Positions 1 to 8,350 of a stretch of 64,000 bases of DNA are shown in pieces. The stretch spans positions 46,395-110,394 of the forward strand of contig CAYWTR010000004.1 of the NCBI GenBank assembly GCA_964461255.1. Direction: 5' to 3'. Each line of letters begins with the position of its first letter. The first letter of the stretch is position 1. The translations under genes were made by a program, and so were the position numbers. Below the pieces are notes generated by a model. It ran no database searches. It was not told where the DNA came from and saw nothing but the letters and a program-made list of their open reading frames with translations. This DNA is from an uncultured Fibrobacteraceae bacterium (GTDB lineage Bacteria > Krumholzibacteriota > Krumholzibacteriia > LZORAL124-64-63).

Positions 1-1
1 T

Positions 2-301
2 AGGGAATTGCTCAAGGCGCTGCAGCTCAAGCGTGGCGAGGTGAGGCTCAAGACCGGCAGCGACATCCGCGTCAGCAGCATCATCCCGCTCGACGCGCCC
101 ACGATCAGCATGCGCGTCGCCGGCGGCAAGAAGATGCTCTACCTGGGGCTGGCGTCGGTGTTCGCGTTGGCGCTGGGTTTCATATCTGCCATGTTCGTCG
201 AGTCGCAAGATCACCGCATCTATGATCGCCGGCGGGCCGAACACGTGCTCGAAGTGCCCGTGCTGGCGGCCATCTCGCAGAACGAGCCTGAGCGGCGATG
301 A
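2..301 (+). CDS. Polysaccharide chain-length determinant (Wzz/GumC-like) protein, C-terminal fragment truncated at the window edge
   Basis: The frame is open to the window start. The C-terminus has a hydrophobic TM helix (LYLGLASVFALALGFISAMFV) followed by a short basic tail, typical of the C-terminal membrane anchor of PCP/Wzz proteins. Its stop overlaps the next start (ATGA). Confidence 0.45.
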   Translation, partial: RELLKALQLKRGEVRLKTGSDIRVSSIIPLDAPTISMRVAGGKKMLYLGLASVFALALGFISAMFVESQDHRIYDRRRAEHVLEVPVLAAISQNEPERR

Positions 302-1770
302 ACGAACCGCGCACTTACCGGTCGGATGCTGGCCTGGCCGCCGAACTTGTGCCCAGGCTCGTGCGCATCGGGGGCGTCATCCTGCTGGCGGCCCTGGCGG
401 CGCTGTTCGCACACGTCTTGATCTCCCGCACCGGCCTTCAGTCCTTCGCGCTGGCCCTTGGCGGCCTGGTCGGTCTGGCGCTGCTGGCATGGGTGTCCTT
501 TCGCAATTTGACCATTGTGATGCTGGTCTGGCTTGTCGTCTTGGGCGGCGTTCGCAGGCTGCTCATGGTCCACATGCCGGGCCTGCCTGATTTCTCGCTG
601 GATCGGTTGTTTCTGGTCTGGATTATTCTAATCTTCTTCCTTCGCCTTATCCTGGAGCGAAAGAAGCTGGAAGGACCCTTCCTCGCGGATTTACTCATCG
701 TCGCGCACACCCTATACGTGCTTGTGCAGCTCAATGTCATGGATAGTGTTCATTTCCACGCCTGGGTAATTAGCGGCCTCTCTCCACTGTTTGCATACAT
801 CTATGGCAAGAACATCGTGAAGAGCGAAACGGATTTGAATTACCTGTTGGCTTTCATTCTTATAATGACTTGCTACTTCTATGTGCAGTCGATTGCGCAA
901 CAGAACAATTGGACGATCCTGGTTTGGCCCAAGCAAACGCTTGATCCCAATGAGGGGTTCTGGACACCCGGTCGCTCCCGTGGTCCCTTCTTTCATGCGC
1001 CGCTCTTCGGGCAAGTCAGCAGCATGTTCCTGATGGTTTATTTTTTCATGATCACGCGCGCTCGGCAGGTCGGCTGGAAGGTGCTGCTGCTGATATCGCT
1101 GGGCTTAAGCATTCTCGGGCTTTTTTACACGTACACGCGCGGGCCGTGGCTGGCGACGGCGGTCGGTTTGATGGTGCTGGGCCTGCTGCGGCCCAATTAT
1201 CGTCGCATCCTGCTGGCGATGGCGGTCGTCGGCATGATCGGCGGCATCCTGGGCGTGTCGAGGCTCGCAAATCAACAGTTCCTGCAGGAGCGTGTGGAGA
1301 ACACGAACACGGTCGAAAACCGCATGGCATTTCTGGCGACGGCCACCAGAATGGTCAGGGACCATCCCGTATTCGGCGTCGGCTTCTTCCGCTACAACGA
1401 CCACCGCGATCATTACAATCAGACCACGTACTTCCCCTTCTACGGTATGGTGCGCAGGCAGTTTGGCGTGGGAATGCCGATCCATGACATTTATCTGGGC
1501 AGGTTGGCGGAGGAGGGGGCGATCAGCATCGCGTTGATGTTCGGGTTCTACTTCGTGGTGTTCAAGGCGTTCGTGCGACAATGGCGGCGCAATCCCGTGG
1601 GGCCGTGGTTCAACCGCGACACGCTGGCGGTGTTCGCCGCGATGATGGCGTCGTATCTCGTGGGGGGGATGGTCATCGACTACAGGTATTTCGATATGGT
1701 CAACGTGATATTCTTCCTTCTGGCGGGGATCATCTACGGTTATCGTAGCCAGTTCTACACGGCACGCTGA
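298..1770 (+). CDS. O-antigen ligase / Wzy-type polymerase family integral membrane protein
   Basis: 490-aa protein with ~10-12 predicted TM helices and a periplasmic loop, with composition typical of the Wzy_C/O-antigen-ligase fold. The ATG overlaps the upstream stop (ATGA). Operon context: flippase, glycosyltransferase and chain-length determinant. Confidence 0.6.
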   Translation: MNEPRTYRSDAGLAAELVPRLVRIGGVILLAALAALFAHVLISRTGLQSFALALGGLVGLALLAWVSFRNLTIVMLVWLVVLGGVRRLLMVHMPGLPDFSLDRLFLVWIILIFFLRLILERKKLEGPFLADLLIVAHTLYVLVQLNVMDSVHFHAWVISGLSPLFAYIYGKNIVKSETDLNYLLAFILIMTCYFYVQSIAQQNNWTILVWPKQTLDPNEGFWTPGRSRGPFFHAPLFGQVSSMFLMVYFFMITRARQVGWKVLLLISLGLSILGLFYTYTRGPWLATAVGLMVLGLLRPNYRRILLAMAVVGMIGGILGVSRLANQQFLQERVENTNTVENRMAFLATATRMVRDHPVFGVGFFRYNDHRDHYNQTTYFPFYGMVRRQFGVGMPIHDIYLGRLAEEGAISIALMFGFYFVVFKAFVRQWRRNPVGPWFNRDTLAVFAAMMASYLVGGMVIDYRYFDMVNVIFFLLAGIIYGYRSQFYTAR

Positions 1771-1794
1771 CAGCTCCGGCGACGCCCGGCTGGG

Positions 1795-3357
1795 GTGAGG
1801 TGGATGGGCCCGCGCGCGCTTCTGAAGCGATACCTTTTCGAAGGCGATGTGCTGCGGCTGATGGGCCTGACCTTCCTGATCAAACCGGTCGGGCTGGTCA
1901 CGCAGATGCTGGTGGCGCGCTATTTCGGCGCCGGCGAGCAGTATGACGCGTATGCTCTGACGCTGTTCCTGGTGCAGTTCCTGGACAACCTGGTCGGGCA
2001 GAGCTTCAACACGGTTTTCCTGCCGCTGGCGATCCGGCGTCGCGCGACCATGCCGCGGGATTCTTTCCTGCGATTCCAGAATTTCGCCTTGCTGATCTTT
2101 CTCGGCCCCGTCGTGCTATACCTGCTCGTCCTGCTGCTGCGCGGCGAGTGGATCGTGGGCCTGGTGGCGCCGAACCTGCCGGCCGAGACGCGCGCCTACG
2201 TCGACCGCATGATCCCCTGGATGGTCGGGCCGGGCCTGGCGTTGATGACCGTGTCGATGCTCAAGGCCGTGCTGAACCAGAATCGGCGGTTCAGCGTGGC
2301 CGGTTCGATGCCGTTGCTCGGCGGATTGATCATCCTGGGGACGCTGGTCTTGCTGCAAGGGCGCCTGGGCATCTGGGCTCTGCCGGCCGGCTTCGCCGCG
2401 GGCAATCTGGCGCAATTGGTCGTCGTCGTCCTGTTCGCGTTGGGGGCCGGCTGCCTGGCCTTCGTGCGTCCCGCGGCGCCGGCGGGCGGCCTGCGCGAGC
2501 TGTGGTCGCTGGGCTGGGTGTTTCTGCTCAGCCAGCTCGTCATGACCCTGGGCATGGCGGTGGACCGCTATTTCGCCACCGGCCTCGAGGTCGGCAGCGT
2601 CTCGTCTCTGGCCTACTCGACCAGCATCCTGAACATGGGCACGCAGCTCTTCAGCTTCAGCTTGACCATCGTCATGTTCACGCGCATGTCCGAGTTCATC
2701 TCGGCGGGGGACATGTCGGCCTGCAACGCCTACATCCGCGACAACCTGACGCGCCAGTCGCGGCTGGTCGTGCCGCTGAGCCTCGGGCTGGCGCTGGCGG
2801 CGCCGGAGATCGTGCGCGTTCTCTTCCAACGCGGCGCCTTCGGGCCCGAGGACACGCTGCGCACCAGCGGCGTCGTGATGTTCCACCTGCTCGCCCTGCC
2901 CGCGATGGTGACCAACGGTCTGGTGGCGCGGATCTACCATTCGCTCCAGAAGCTCCGCGACCGCATCTGGCTCAACGCCCAGTATGTGGCGACGCTGGTG
3001 CTCTGCAGCTTCCTGCTGGTGGGGCCGTTGCGGGTCAAGGGGCTGGCGGTGGCGGCGGCGATCGCGATCAACCTGCACCTGGCGCTCAGCTTTTACGTGC
3101 TGCATCGCTACCGCGCTGGGCTGCGCGTGGGAGGCCTCGCCGCCATCCTGCTGCGCAACTACCTGCTCGCCGCGGTCGCCTTCAGCGTCTACGTTGTCAG
3201 CGGATTCGCCGGCCTGCTGGCAGGATGGGAGGCGAGGGGAAGCCTCGCGGGCGCCGTGGCGGTCGGCGCGGCGAAGGTCGCTTTCATCGCCGTCGTTTTC
3301 TATGCCGGCTATCTGGCCTGGCGCCGGTATGACCGTCGGAAGGCTGTCTCTGCATGA
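1795..3357 (+). CDS. Polysaccharide/oligosaccharide flippase (MOP superfamily, Wzx/MurJ-like)
   Basis: 520 aa with ~14 TM segments and architecture typical of Wzx/MviN. Sits between the ligase-like gene and the AlkP gene. Its stop overlaps the next ATG. Confidence 0.6.
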   Translation: MRWMGPRALLKRYLFEGDVLRLMGLTFLIKPVGLVTQMLVARYFGAGEQYDAYALTLFLVQFLDNLVGQSFNTVFLPLAIRRRATMPRDSFLRFQNFALLIFLGPVVLYLLVLLLRGEWIVGLVAPNLPAETRAYVDRMIPWMVGPGLALMTVSMLKAVLNQNRRFSVAGSMPLLGGLIILGTLVLLQGRLGIWALPAGFAAGNLAQLVVVVLFALGAGCLAFVRPAAPAGGLRELWSLGWVFLLSQLVMTLGMAVDRYFATGLEVGSVSSLAYSTSILNMGTQLFSFSLTIVMFTRMSEFISAGDMSACNAYIRDNLTRQSRLVVPLSLGLALAAPEIVRVLFQRGAFGPEDTLRTSGVVMFHLLALPAMVTNGLVARIYHSLQKLRDRIWLNAQYVATLVLCSFLLVGPLRVKGLAVAAAIAINLHLALSFYVLHRYRAGLRVGGLAAILLRNYLLAAVAFSVYVVSGFAGLLAGWEARGSLAGAVAVGAAKVAFIAVVFYAGYLAWRRYDRRKAVSA

Positions 3358-5003
3358 CCCGCCGCGTCTTTTTGCTCGGGCTTGATGGGGCGTCGTGGAA
3401 TGTGCTCGATCGCATGATCGCGATCGGGGCGATGCCGAATCTGGGGCGGGTGTGCCGGGAGGGGGTGCGGGCGACGCTGGAGTCGACGGTGCCGGCGATC
3501 ACGCCGTGCGCGTGGAACTCCCTGATGACTGGCTGCAATCCGGGCAAGCACGGCGTGTTCGGATTCATGAAGAAATCGGAGTCCAACTCGTACTTGCCGG
3601 TGCCGGTCAACCGCATGGACACGCTGGCGCCGACCATCTTCGATTACTACGGCGAGGGCGGACCGCTGATCTCGCTGAACCTGCCGATGTCGTATCCGGC
3701 GACGCCGATCAACGGGGCCATGGTCACCTGCATGATGACGCCGCTGCGCAACCCCGGCGACTTCGAACACCCGCGCGGGCTGCTCGCACGCTTCGCGCGC
3801 GCGGGCATCGACTACACCATCGACCCCAAGTTCCGGCTGCGCGAGGGGGCGGAGGAGCGCGAGCTGTTCGAGAACTGGCGGCAGGAGGGGCCGGCATTCG
3901 TGTCGCTGCTGGGCGACATCACGCGCAACCGCATGCGCGCGGCGCGCCTGCTGATGGACGAGGAGCCGTGGGACGCCTTCGTCACCGTCATCGTCGGCAC
4001 CGACCGGCTGCAGCACCTGCACTGGGACCGGCTGCTGCCGCCGGACGGATCGGATCCGGACCCGCTGCTGGCGTCCTACTACCGGCAGGTGGACGATCAC
4101 CTGGGCGAGCTGGCGGGGCGGCTGGGGGCGGGCGAGACGCTGCTGATCGTCTCGGACCACGGCTTCACGCGCCACCACGGCGCCTTCCTCGCCAACGAAT
4201 GGCTGCGGCGGCAGGGGTGGCTGGCCCGGCGCGAGGCGGCGCGCAGTCCGCTCTACCCGCTCAAGCGAGCGCTGGGCGCGGTGGGGCTGACGCGGGCACG
4301 TCTGACCCGGCTGCTGGGGCGCCAGCGGGCCAGCCGGCTGCAGCTCGCCGCGGCGCACGTCGACTGGGCGCGCTCCCACGCCTGGCTGGACAACCCTTTC
4401 GGCCTGCGGCTGAACCGGCGCGGGCGTGAGACGCTGGGGCTGGTGGCGCCGGAGGAGGCGTCGGGGCTGCTGGAGGAGATGGCGGCCCGCCTGCGGGGCG
4501 GCCTGCTCGGGCCCGACGGCGAGCCGCTGCTGTCGGCGGTGCACTTCGGGGCGGATCTGTACTGGGGCGAGGGGCGCGCGCAGGCCTCGGATCTGGTCTT
4601 CACCTTCCGCGACGACCGCAACCACGGCGCCTACGCCGGCGACGTGGGCGGGGAACTGTTCCGCCCCGTGCCCTACAAGACCGGCGATCATCGGATCGAC
4701 GGGGTGTTCGTGGCGTGGGGCGGCGGGGTGCGGGGCGGGGCGGCGCCGCCGGACGGGGCCGCCGAGTGGCGGTTCAAGATCTGGGATGTGCTGCCGACGC
4801 TGCTGCACCTCAACGGGCGGGCGGTGCCCGGGATCTGCGACGGGCGGGTCCTGCGGGAGATCCTGGCGGACGACCGGCCGCCTGCGGTCGACGAGGGGTG
4901 GCACCGTTTCCTGCGCACGCGCCGGGCGGTCGCGTACACCGGCGACCAGGCGGCCGAGATCGCCGAGCGGCTGCGCGATCTGGGCTACCTGTCGGACGAT
5001 TGA
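3354..5003 (+). CDS. Alkaline phosphatase-superfamily protein (type I phosphodiesterase/nucleotide pyrophosphatase-like)
   Basis: N-terminal LGLDGASW and CAWNSLMTG motifs are characteristic of AlkP-core metal-binding enzymes. Start/stop overlap (ATGA) with the flippase. Confidence 0.6.
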   Translation: MTRRVFLLGLDGASWNVLDRMIAIGAMPNLGRVCREGVRATLESTVPAITPCAWNSLMTGCNPGKHGVFGFMKKSESNSYLPVPVNRMDTLAPTIFDYYGEGGPLISLNLPMSYPATPINGAMVTCMMTPLRNPGDFEHPRGLLARFARAGIDYTIDPKFRLREGAEERELFENWRQEGPAFVSLLGDITRNRMRAARLLMDEEPWDAFVTVIVGTDRLQHLHWDRLLPPDGSDPDPLLASYYRQVDDHLGELAGRLGAGETLLIVSDHGFTRHHGAFLANEWLRRQGWLARREAARSPLYPLKRALGAVGLTRARLTRLLGRQRASRLQLAAAHVDWARSHAWLDNPFGLRLNRRGRETLGLVAPEEASGLLEEMAARLRGGLLGPDGEPLLSAVHFGADLYWGEGRAQASDLVFTFRDDRNHGAYAGDVGGELFRPVPYKTGDHRIDGVFVAWGGGVRGGAAPPDGAAEWRFKIWDVLPTLLHLNGRAVPGICDGRVLREILADDRPPAVDEGWHRFLRTRRAVAYTGDQAAEIAERLRDLGYLSDD

Positions 5004-5153
5004 GCGCCGGCGCGCCACGCAGCGGCGCTCAAGCGGCGCCGGGAACTGTCGATCATTCAAGCAGGTAATTGATTTGCCGCCATCAGCGGGCGGGTCTAAG
5101 TTTACGTCGTCGGCGCCGTGTCATCGCCCATGCCTGCGACCGAGCGAGGCGTG

Positions 5154-6881
5154 ATGTACCACGACCACTTCGGCTTGAGGACCGATCCCTTCCCGCTCTA
5201 TCCGAGCCTGAAGTTCGTCTTCATGTCGACCGCCTTCGAGGAGGCCATGGCCCACCTGGCCTACGGCCTGGAGCAGGGCGAGGACATCATCCTGATCACC
5301 GGGCCGATCGGCACGGGCAAGACCCTGGCCATCCACAACCTGCTGTCCAGCATCCCCAAGCTGTTCAAGACCGCCTTCGTCAACGTCACCCAGCTCACGC
5401 AGGTCGAGCTGCTGAAGATGATGGTGTCGGACCTGGGCGTGCCGGTCAGCGGCGCGGCCGACCGGGCCGACCTGCTCGACGTCCTGAAGGCGCAGATCCG
5501 CGAGGCGCAGCGCCAGGGGGCCAAGATCCTGCTCGTGATCGACGAGGCGCAGAACCTGTCGGTCGAGTCGCTGGAGGGGATCCGCCTGCTGGCCAACCTG
5601 AGCCAGCCGGGGCCGCAGGCGCTGCAGATCATCCTGTCGGGCCAGCCGGAGCTGGAACGGCGCATCAAGACGCCCGAGCTGCGCCAGCTGCAGCAGCGCA
5701 TCCGGGTGCACTATCGACTGGTGACGCTCGACCGCAAGGAGGTCGAGGCGTACATCAACCACCGCCTCAAGGTGGCCGGCAACGAGCGCCCCCTGTTCAA
5801 GCCCAAGACGCTGGACCTGATCTACCAGGCCAGCCGGGGCGTGCCGCGCCTGGTCAACATCCTGGCCGCCCGCGCTCTGCTGGGCGCCTACGTCGCCGGC
5901 AAGCCCATGGTCGAGCCCGAGCACGTCGATCTCGAGGACCTGCCGCCGACCGGGCTGGAGGAGCCTGCGGCGCCCGCGCCGGCGGCAGCGCCTGCGGCAG
6001 CGCCGGCGGCAGCGCCGGCGCCGGCACCGGCGCCGGCCTCGGCTCCGGTGAGCGCGCCGAGGGCGGCGGCTGCGGCGTCTGCGCCCGCTCCGGCTGCGCC
6101 CGCGCCCGCCGCGCCCGCGCCCGCGCCTGCGGCGCCCGCCGCCGTCGCGGAAGCGGAGAGCGCCGAGCCGCCGCCGCTGATGGATTACCATGCTTACGCC
6201 CGGCGGCATCGGTCGGGGGCGCGGTCGGGGTTGATCTTCGCCTTTTCGATGATCCTGCTCTTGGTGGCGGTCTTCGCGCTGGTGCTGCTGCTGCCGGGCA
6301 ACTCGCACGACCGGCCGCTGGACGGCCAGCGGCCCGCGGTGGCGGGGCCGTCGCCGCAGGCATCGTCGTCGCCGTTGGCGGGCCAGAGCGATGGCGAGCC
6401 GGCGTTCTGGCCGGACGGCGAAGGGATCTTCGGCGAGACGGCCGGAGACGGGTCGGGTGGCGCAGAGGCGCGCGGCGCGGCGGCGGCGCCGGAGTCGGCC
6501 ACGGCCGCCCCGACAGCCGGGCCGCCGGCGGCCGAGACGGGGGCGCCGACGCGGGCCGCGGCGCAGCGGCCGACATCAACAGTCGGAGCGCCGGCATCAT
6601 CCCGCGGGGCCGAGGCGCCTGCGGGTGGGACGGAGCACTACGCGGTGCACGTGTCGTCGTTCTACCAGACCGAGCGCGCCGAGGCCGAGGCACGGAGGCT
6701 GCAACGGGTGGGCCTGCCCGCGTTCATCCGGTGGGAGACCGTCAACGGGCGCCCGACGCAGCGGGTCTACGCGGGTCCGTACATGGACGCCGAGGCGGCC
6801 CGGTCGGTGGCGCGGCGCATCAAGGAAGACGGTCTGTCGGAGTACTCGATGGTCGTTCGTCTCGCCCATGACTCCTTGTGA
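5154..6881 (+). CDS. ExeA/GspA-like AAA ATPase with Pro/Ala-rich linker, single TM helix and C-terminal SPOR (peptidoglycan-binding) domain
   Basis: MYHDHFGLRTDPF N-terminus and GPIGTGKT Walker A match the ExeA/GspA and PEP-CTERM-associated ATPase family. A (PA)n low-complexity linker precedes a TM helix (GLIFAFSMILLLVAVFALVLLL). The C-terminal YAVHVSSFYQTERAEAEARRLQRVGLPAFIRWETVNGRPTQRVYAGPY segment is a classic SPOR fold signature. An alternative start lies at 5118. Confidence 0.7.
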   Translation: MYHDHFGLRTDPFPLYPSLKFVFMSTAFEEAMAHLAYGLEQGEDIILITGPIGTGKTLAIHNLLSSIPKLFKTAFVNVTQLTQVELLKMMVSDLGVPVSGAADRADLLDVLKAQIREAQRQGAKILLVIDEAQNLSVESLEGIRLLANLSQPGPQALQIILSGQPELERRIKTPELRQLQQRIRVHYRLVTLDRKEVEAYINHRLKVAGNERPLFKPKTLDLIYQASRGVPRLVNILAARALLGAYVAGKPMVEPEHVDLEDLPPTGLEEPAAPAPAAAPAAAPAAAPAPAPAPASAPVSAPRAAAAASAPAPAAPAPAAPAPAPAAPAAVAEAESAEPPPLMDYHAYARRHRSGARSGLIFAFSMILLLVAVFALVLLLPGNSHDRPLDGQRPAVAGPSPQASSSPLAGQSDGEPAFWPDGEGIFGETAGDGSGGAEARGAAAAPESATAAPTAGPPAAETGAPTRAAAQRPTSTVGAPASSRGAEAPAGGTEHYAVHVSSFYQTERAEAEARRLQRVGLPAFIRWETVNGRPTQRVYAGPYMDAEAARSVARRIKEDGLSEYSMVVRLAHDSL

Positions 6882-8067
6882 GATGCTGCGGCCGCATGTC
6901 GCCCAGCTCATCGAGACGATGGCGATGGGAGGGGCGGAGCGGCTGGCCGTGCAGATCGCCAACGCGCGCGCCGAGGCCGGCGACGTGTCCCACCTCTACG
7001 TGCTGACGGCGGCGGGGGTGCTGTCGGAGAGGATCGCGCCCGGGGTGCGGGTGCGCTACCTGGGGCTGGAGCGGGCGCCGATCGGACGGCCGCTGGCGTT
7101 CGGCGCGTCGCTGCTGCGCGGGTATCGGACGCTGGCGCGGCAGGTCGAGCGCGACGGCATCCGGGTGATGCAGACCCACCTGCCGGCCGGCAACTTCTGG
7201 GGGCTGCTGCTGGCGTGGCGGCGCCGCTGCGCGGTGGTGGCGACCATCCACAACAACGAGGAGTTCCGCTACGGGCAGCAGGCGCAGGCGCTGCGGTACC
7301 GCCTGCGGCGGCGCGCCTACCGCGGGCTGCTGGACCGGGCCGCCGCGGTGGTGGCGGTCTCGGAAGAGGTCAAGCAGTCGCTGCTGGAGGAGCTCCGCGT
7401 GCCGGAGGACGACCGCCTGCGGCGCGCACGGGTTGCGGTCGTGCCCAACGGGGTCGAGATTCCCGCGCCGCTGCCGCAGGAGATGCTGGCGCAGGCGCGT
7501 GCGCGCCACGGCATCCTGCCCGACGAGCCGCTGGTGCTGGGCGCGGGGCGGCTGACCGAGCAGAAGAACTTCGCCGCCTTGATCGATGCGGCGGCGCTTC
7601 TGCGCGCGTCCGGGGTGCGGTGCCGCTTCCTGATCGCCGGTGACGGACCGCAGCGCGCCTACCTGACGCGCCGGGCCGCGGATCTGGGCCTGGACGGGCA
7701 GGTGCTGCTGCCGGGCACCGTCACCGATCTGCAGGAGCTGATGCAGGGGGCGGACGTGTTCGCGCTGCCGTCGCTCTGGGAGGGGCTGCCGCTGGTCCTG
7801 CTCGAGGCCATGGCGTGCGGCTTGCCGGTGGCCGGCAGCCGCATCCGCGGCGTGGCCGAGGTGGTCGAGGATGGGGTCAGCGGCCTGCTGTGCGAGCCGG
7901 GCGACGTGCCGTGCCTGGCCGCCGCGCTGCGCTCCCTGCTGGGCGACGCCAGGCTGCGCGCCTCGTGCGGCGCGGCGGGTCTGGAGATCGTCAAGCGCCA
8001 CTACGATTTCGCCCGGGTCGCGCGCGAGCTGGGGGAGATCTATCGGCGCGCCGCGGCGGGGGAGTAG
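6868..8067 (+). CDS. Glycosyltransferase family 4 (GT-B, RfaG-like)
   Basis: C-terminal EX7E-type region (GRLTEQKNF...LPSLWEGLPLVLLEAMACGLPV) is typical of GT4. The start ATG at 6868 overlaps the upstream gene by 14 nt; an alternative start is at 6883. Confidence 0.75.
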   Translation: MTPCEMLRPHVAQLIETMAMGGAERLAVQIANARAEAGDVSHLYVLTAAGVLSERIAPGVRVRYLGLERAPIGRPLAFGASLLRGYRTLARQVERDGIRVMQTHLPAGNFWGLLLAWRRRCAVVATIHNNEEFRYGQQAQALRYRLRRRAYRGLLDRAAAVVAVSEEVKQSLLEELRVPEDDRLRRARVAVVPNGVEIPAPLPQEMLAQARARHGILPDEPLVLGAGRLTEQKNFAALIDAAALLRASGVRCRFLIAGDGPQRAYLTRRAADLGLDGQVLLPGTVTDLQELMQGADVFALPSLWEGLPLVLLEAMACGLPVAGSRIRGVAEVVEDGVSGLLCEPGDVPCLAAALRSLLGDARLRASCGAAGLEIVKRHYDFARVARELGEIYRRAAAGE

Positions 8068-8103
8068 GGGGCTGGGGGGGAAATGGAACGTGTGGGTATG
8101 GGC

Positions 8104-8160
8104 GCGGCAGGTGGCGGGGCGGGTGGGGCGGCGGGTGGGGCGGCGGGTGGGCGCAGGGGC
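8104..8160 (+). repeat. G-rich tandem repeat (GGCGGGTGGGGC)n with G-quadruplex potential
   Basis: At least five consecutive G3-4 tracts separated by 1-4 nt loops (ggcggggcgggtggggcggcgggtggggcggcgggtggg), lying in the intergenic region downstream of GT4. Confidence 0.5.
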
Positions 8161-8224
8161 TGTAGCGAGTGGCCAAATTTTAGCCGATATTCTGTAAACA
8201 ATTAAATAACAATGTCTTATCTCT

Positions 8225-8239
8225 GTTCACCGGGTGAAC
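8225..8239. promoter_or_regulatory. Perfect 15-bp palindrome GTTCACC-G-GGTGAAC upstream of HNH paralogue 1 (candidate operator)
   Basis: Arms GTTCACC/GGTGAAC are exact reverse complements. A related perfect palindrome, TTTTACCCGGGTAAAA, sits at the equivalent position upstream of HNH paralogue 2. Confidence 0.45.
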
Positions 8240-8269
8240 GGGGACGCGATCATTTTTTCATTTTTCCCC

Positions 8270-8298
8270 TTGCGGCCTGATCGAATATTCGCTATATT
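8270..8298 (+). promoter_or_regulatory. Sigma70-type promoter (-35 TTGCGG, 17-bp spacer, -10 TATATT) of HNH paralogue 1
   Basis: Strong -10 and acceptable -35 at the canonical 17-bp spacing, inside an AT-rich island. The 26-nt block containing the -10 (ttcgctatattttcgtct(t)tctccg) is 24/26 identical to the block upstream of paralogue 2. Confidence 0.5.
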
Positions 8299-8350
8299 TT
8301 CGTCTTCTCCGGATCAACACCACCCTTCCTCCCGGTTGGGATCGATCGCG

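Noticed and set aside
2116-3105. Long antisense and alternative-frame ORFs throughout the window (e.g. 2116-3105 -, 3309-5060 -, 5121-6308 -, 10492-12111 -, 16580-18415 -, 19925-22135 -, 34950-37775 -, 41204-43666 -, 59806-63072 -), many of 300-1100 aa
   Set aside because: All translate to Arg/Ala/Gly/Pro/Gln-dominated low-complexity sequence with no motifs. Such ORFs are expected in ~70% GC DNA because stop codons are rare. Each overlaps a motif-supported gene on another frame.
8234-8350. Upstream extension of the HNH paralogue 1 ORF to an ATG at 8234 (MNGDAIIFSFFPLRP...)
   Set aside because: This part lies within the AT-rich promoter island and overlaps the conserved -35/-10 elements. Its residues are not conserved in paralogue 2. 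The first ATG downstream of the promoter (8351) is preferred.
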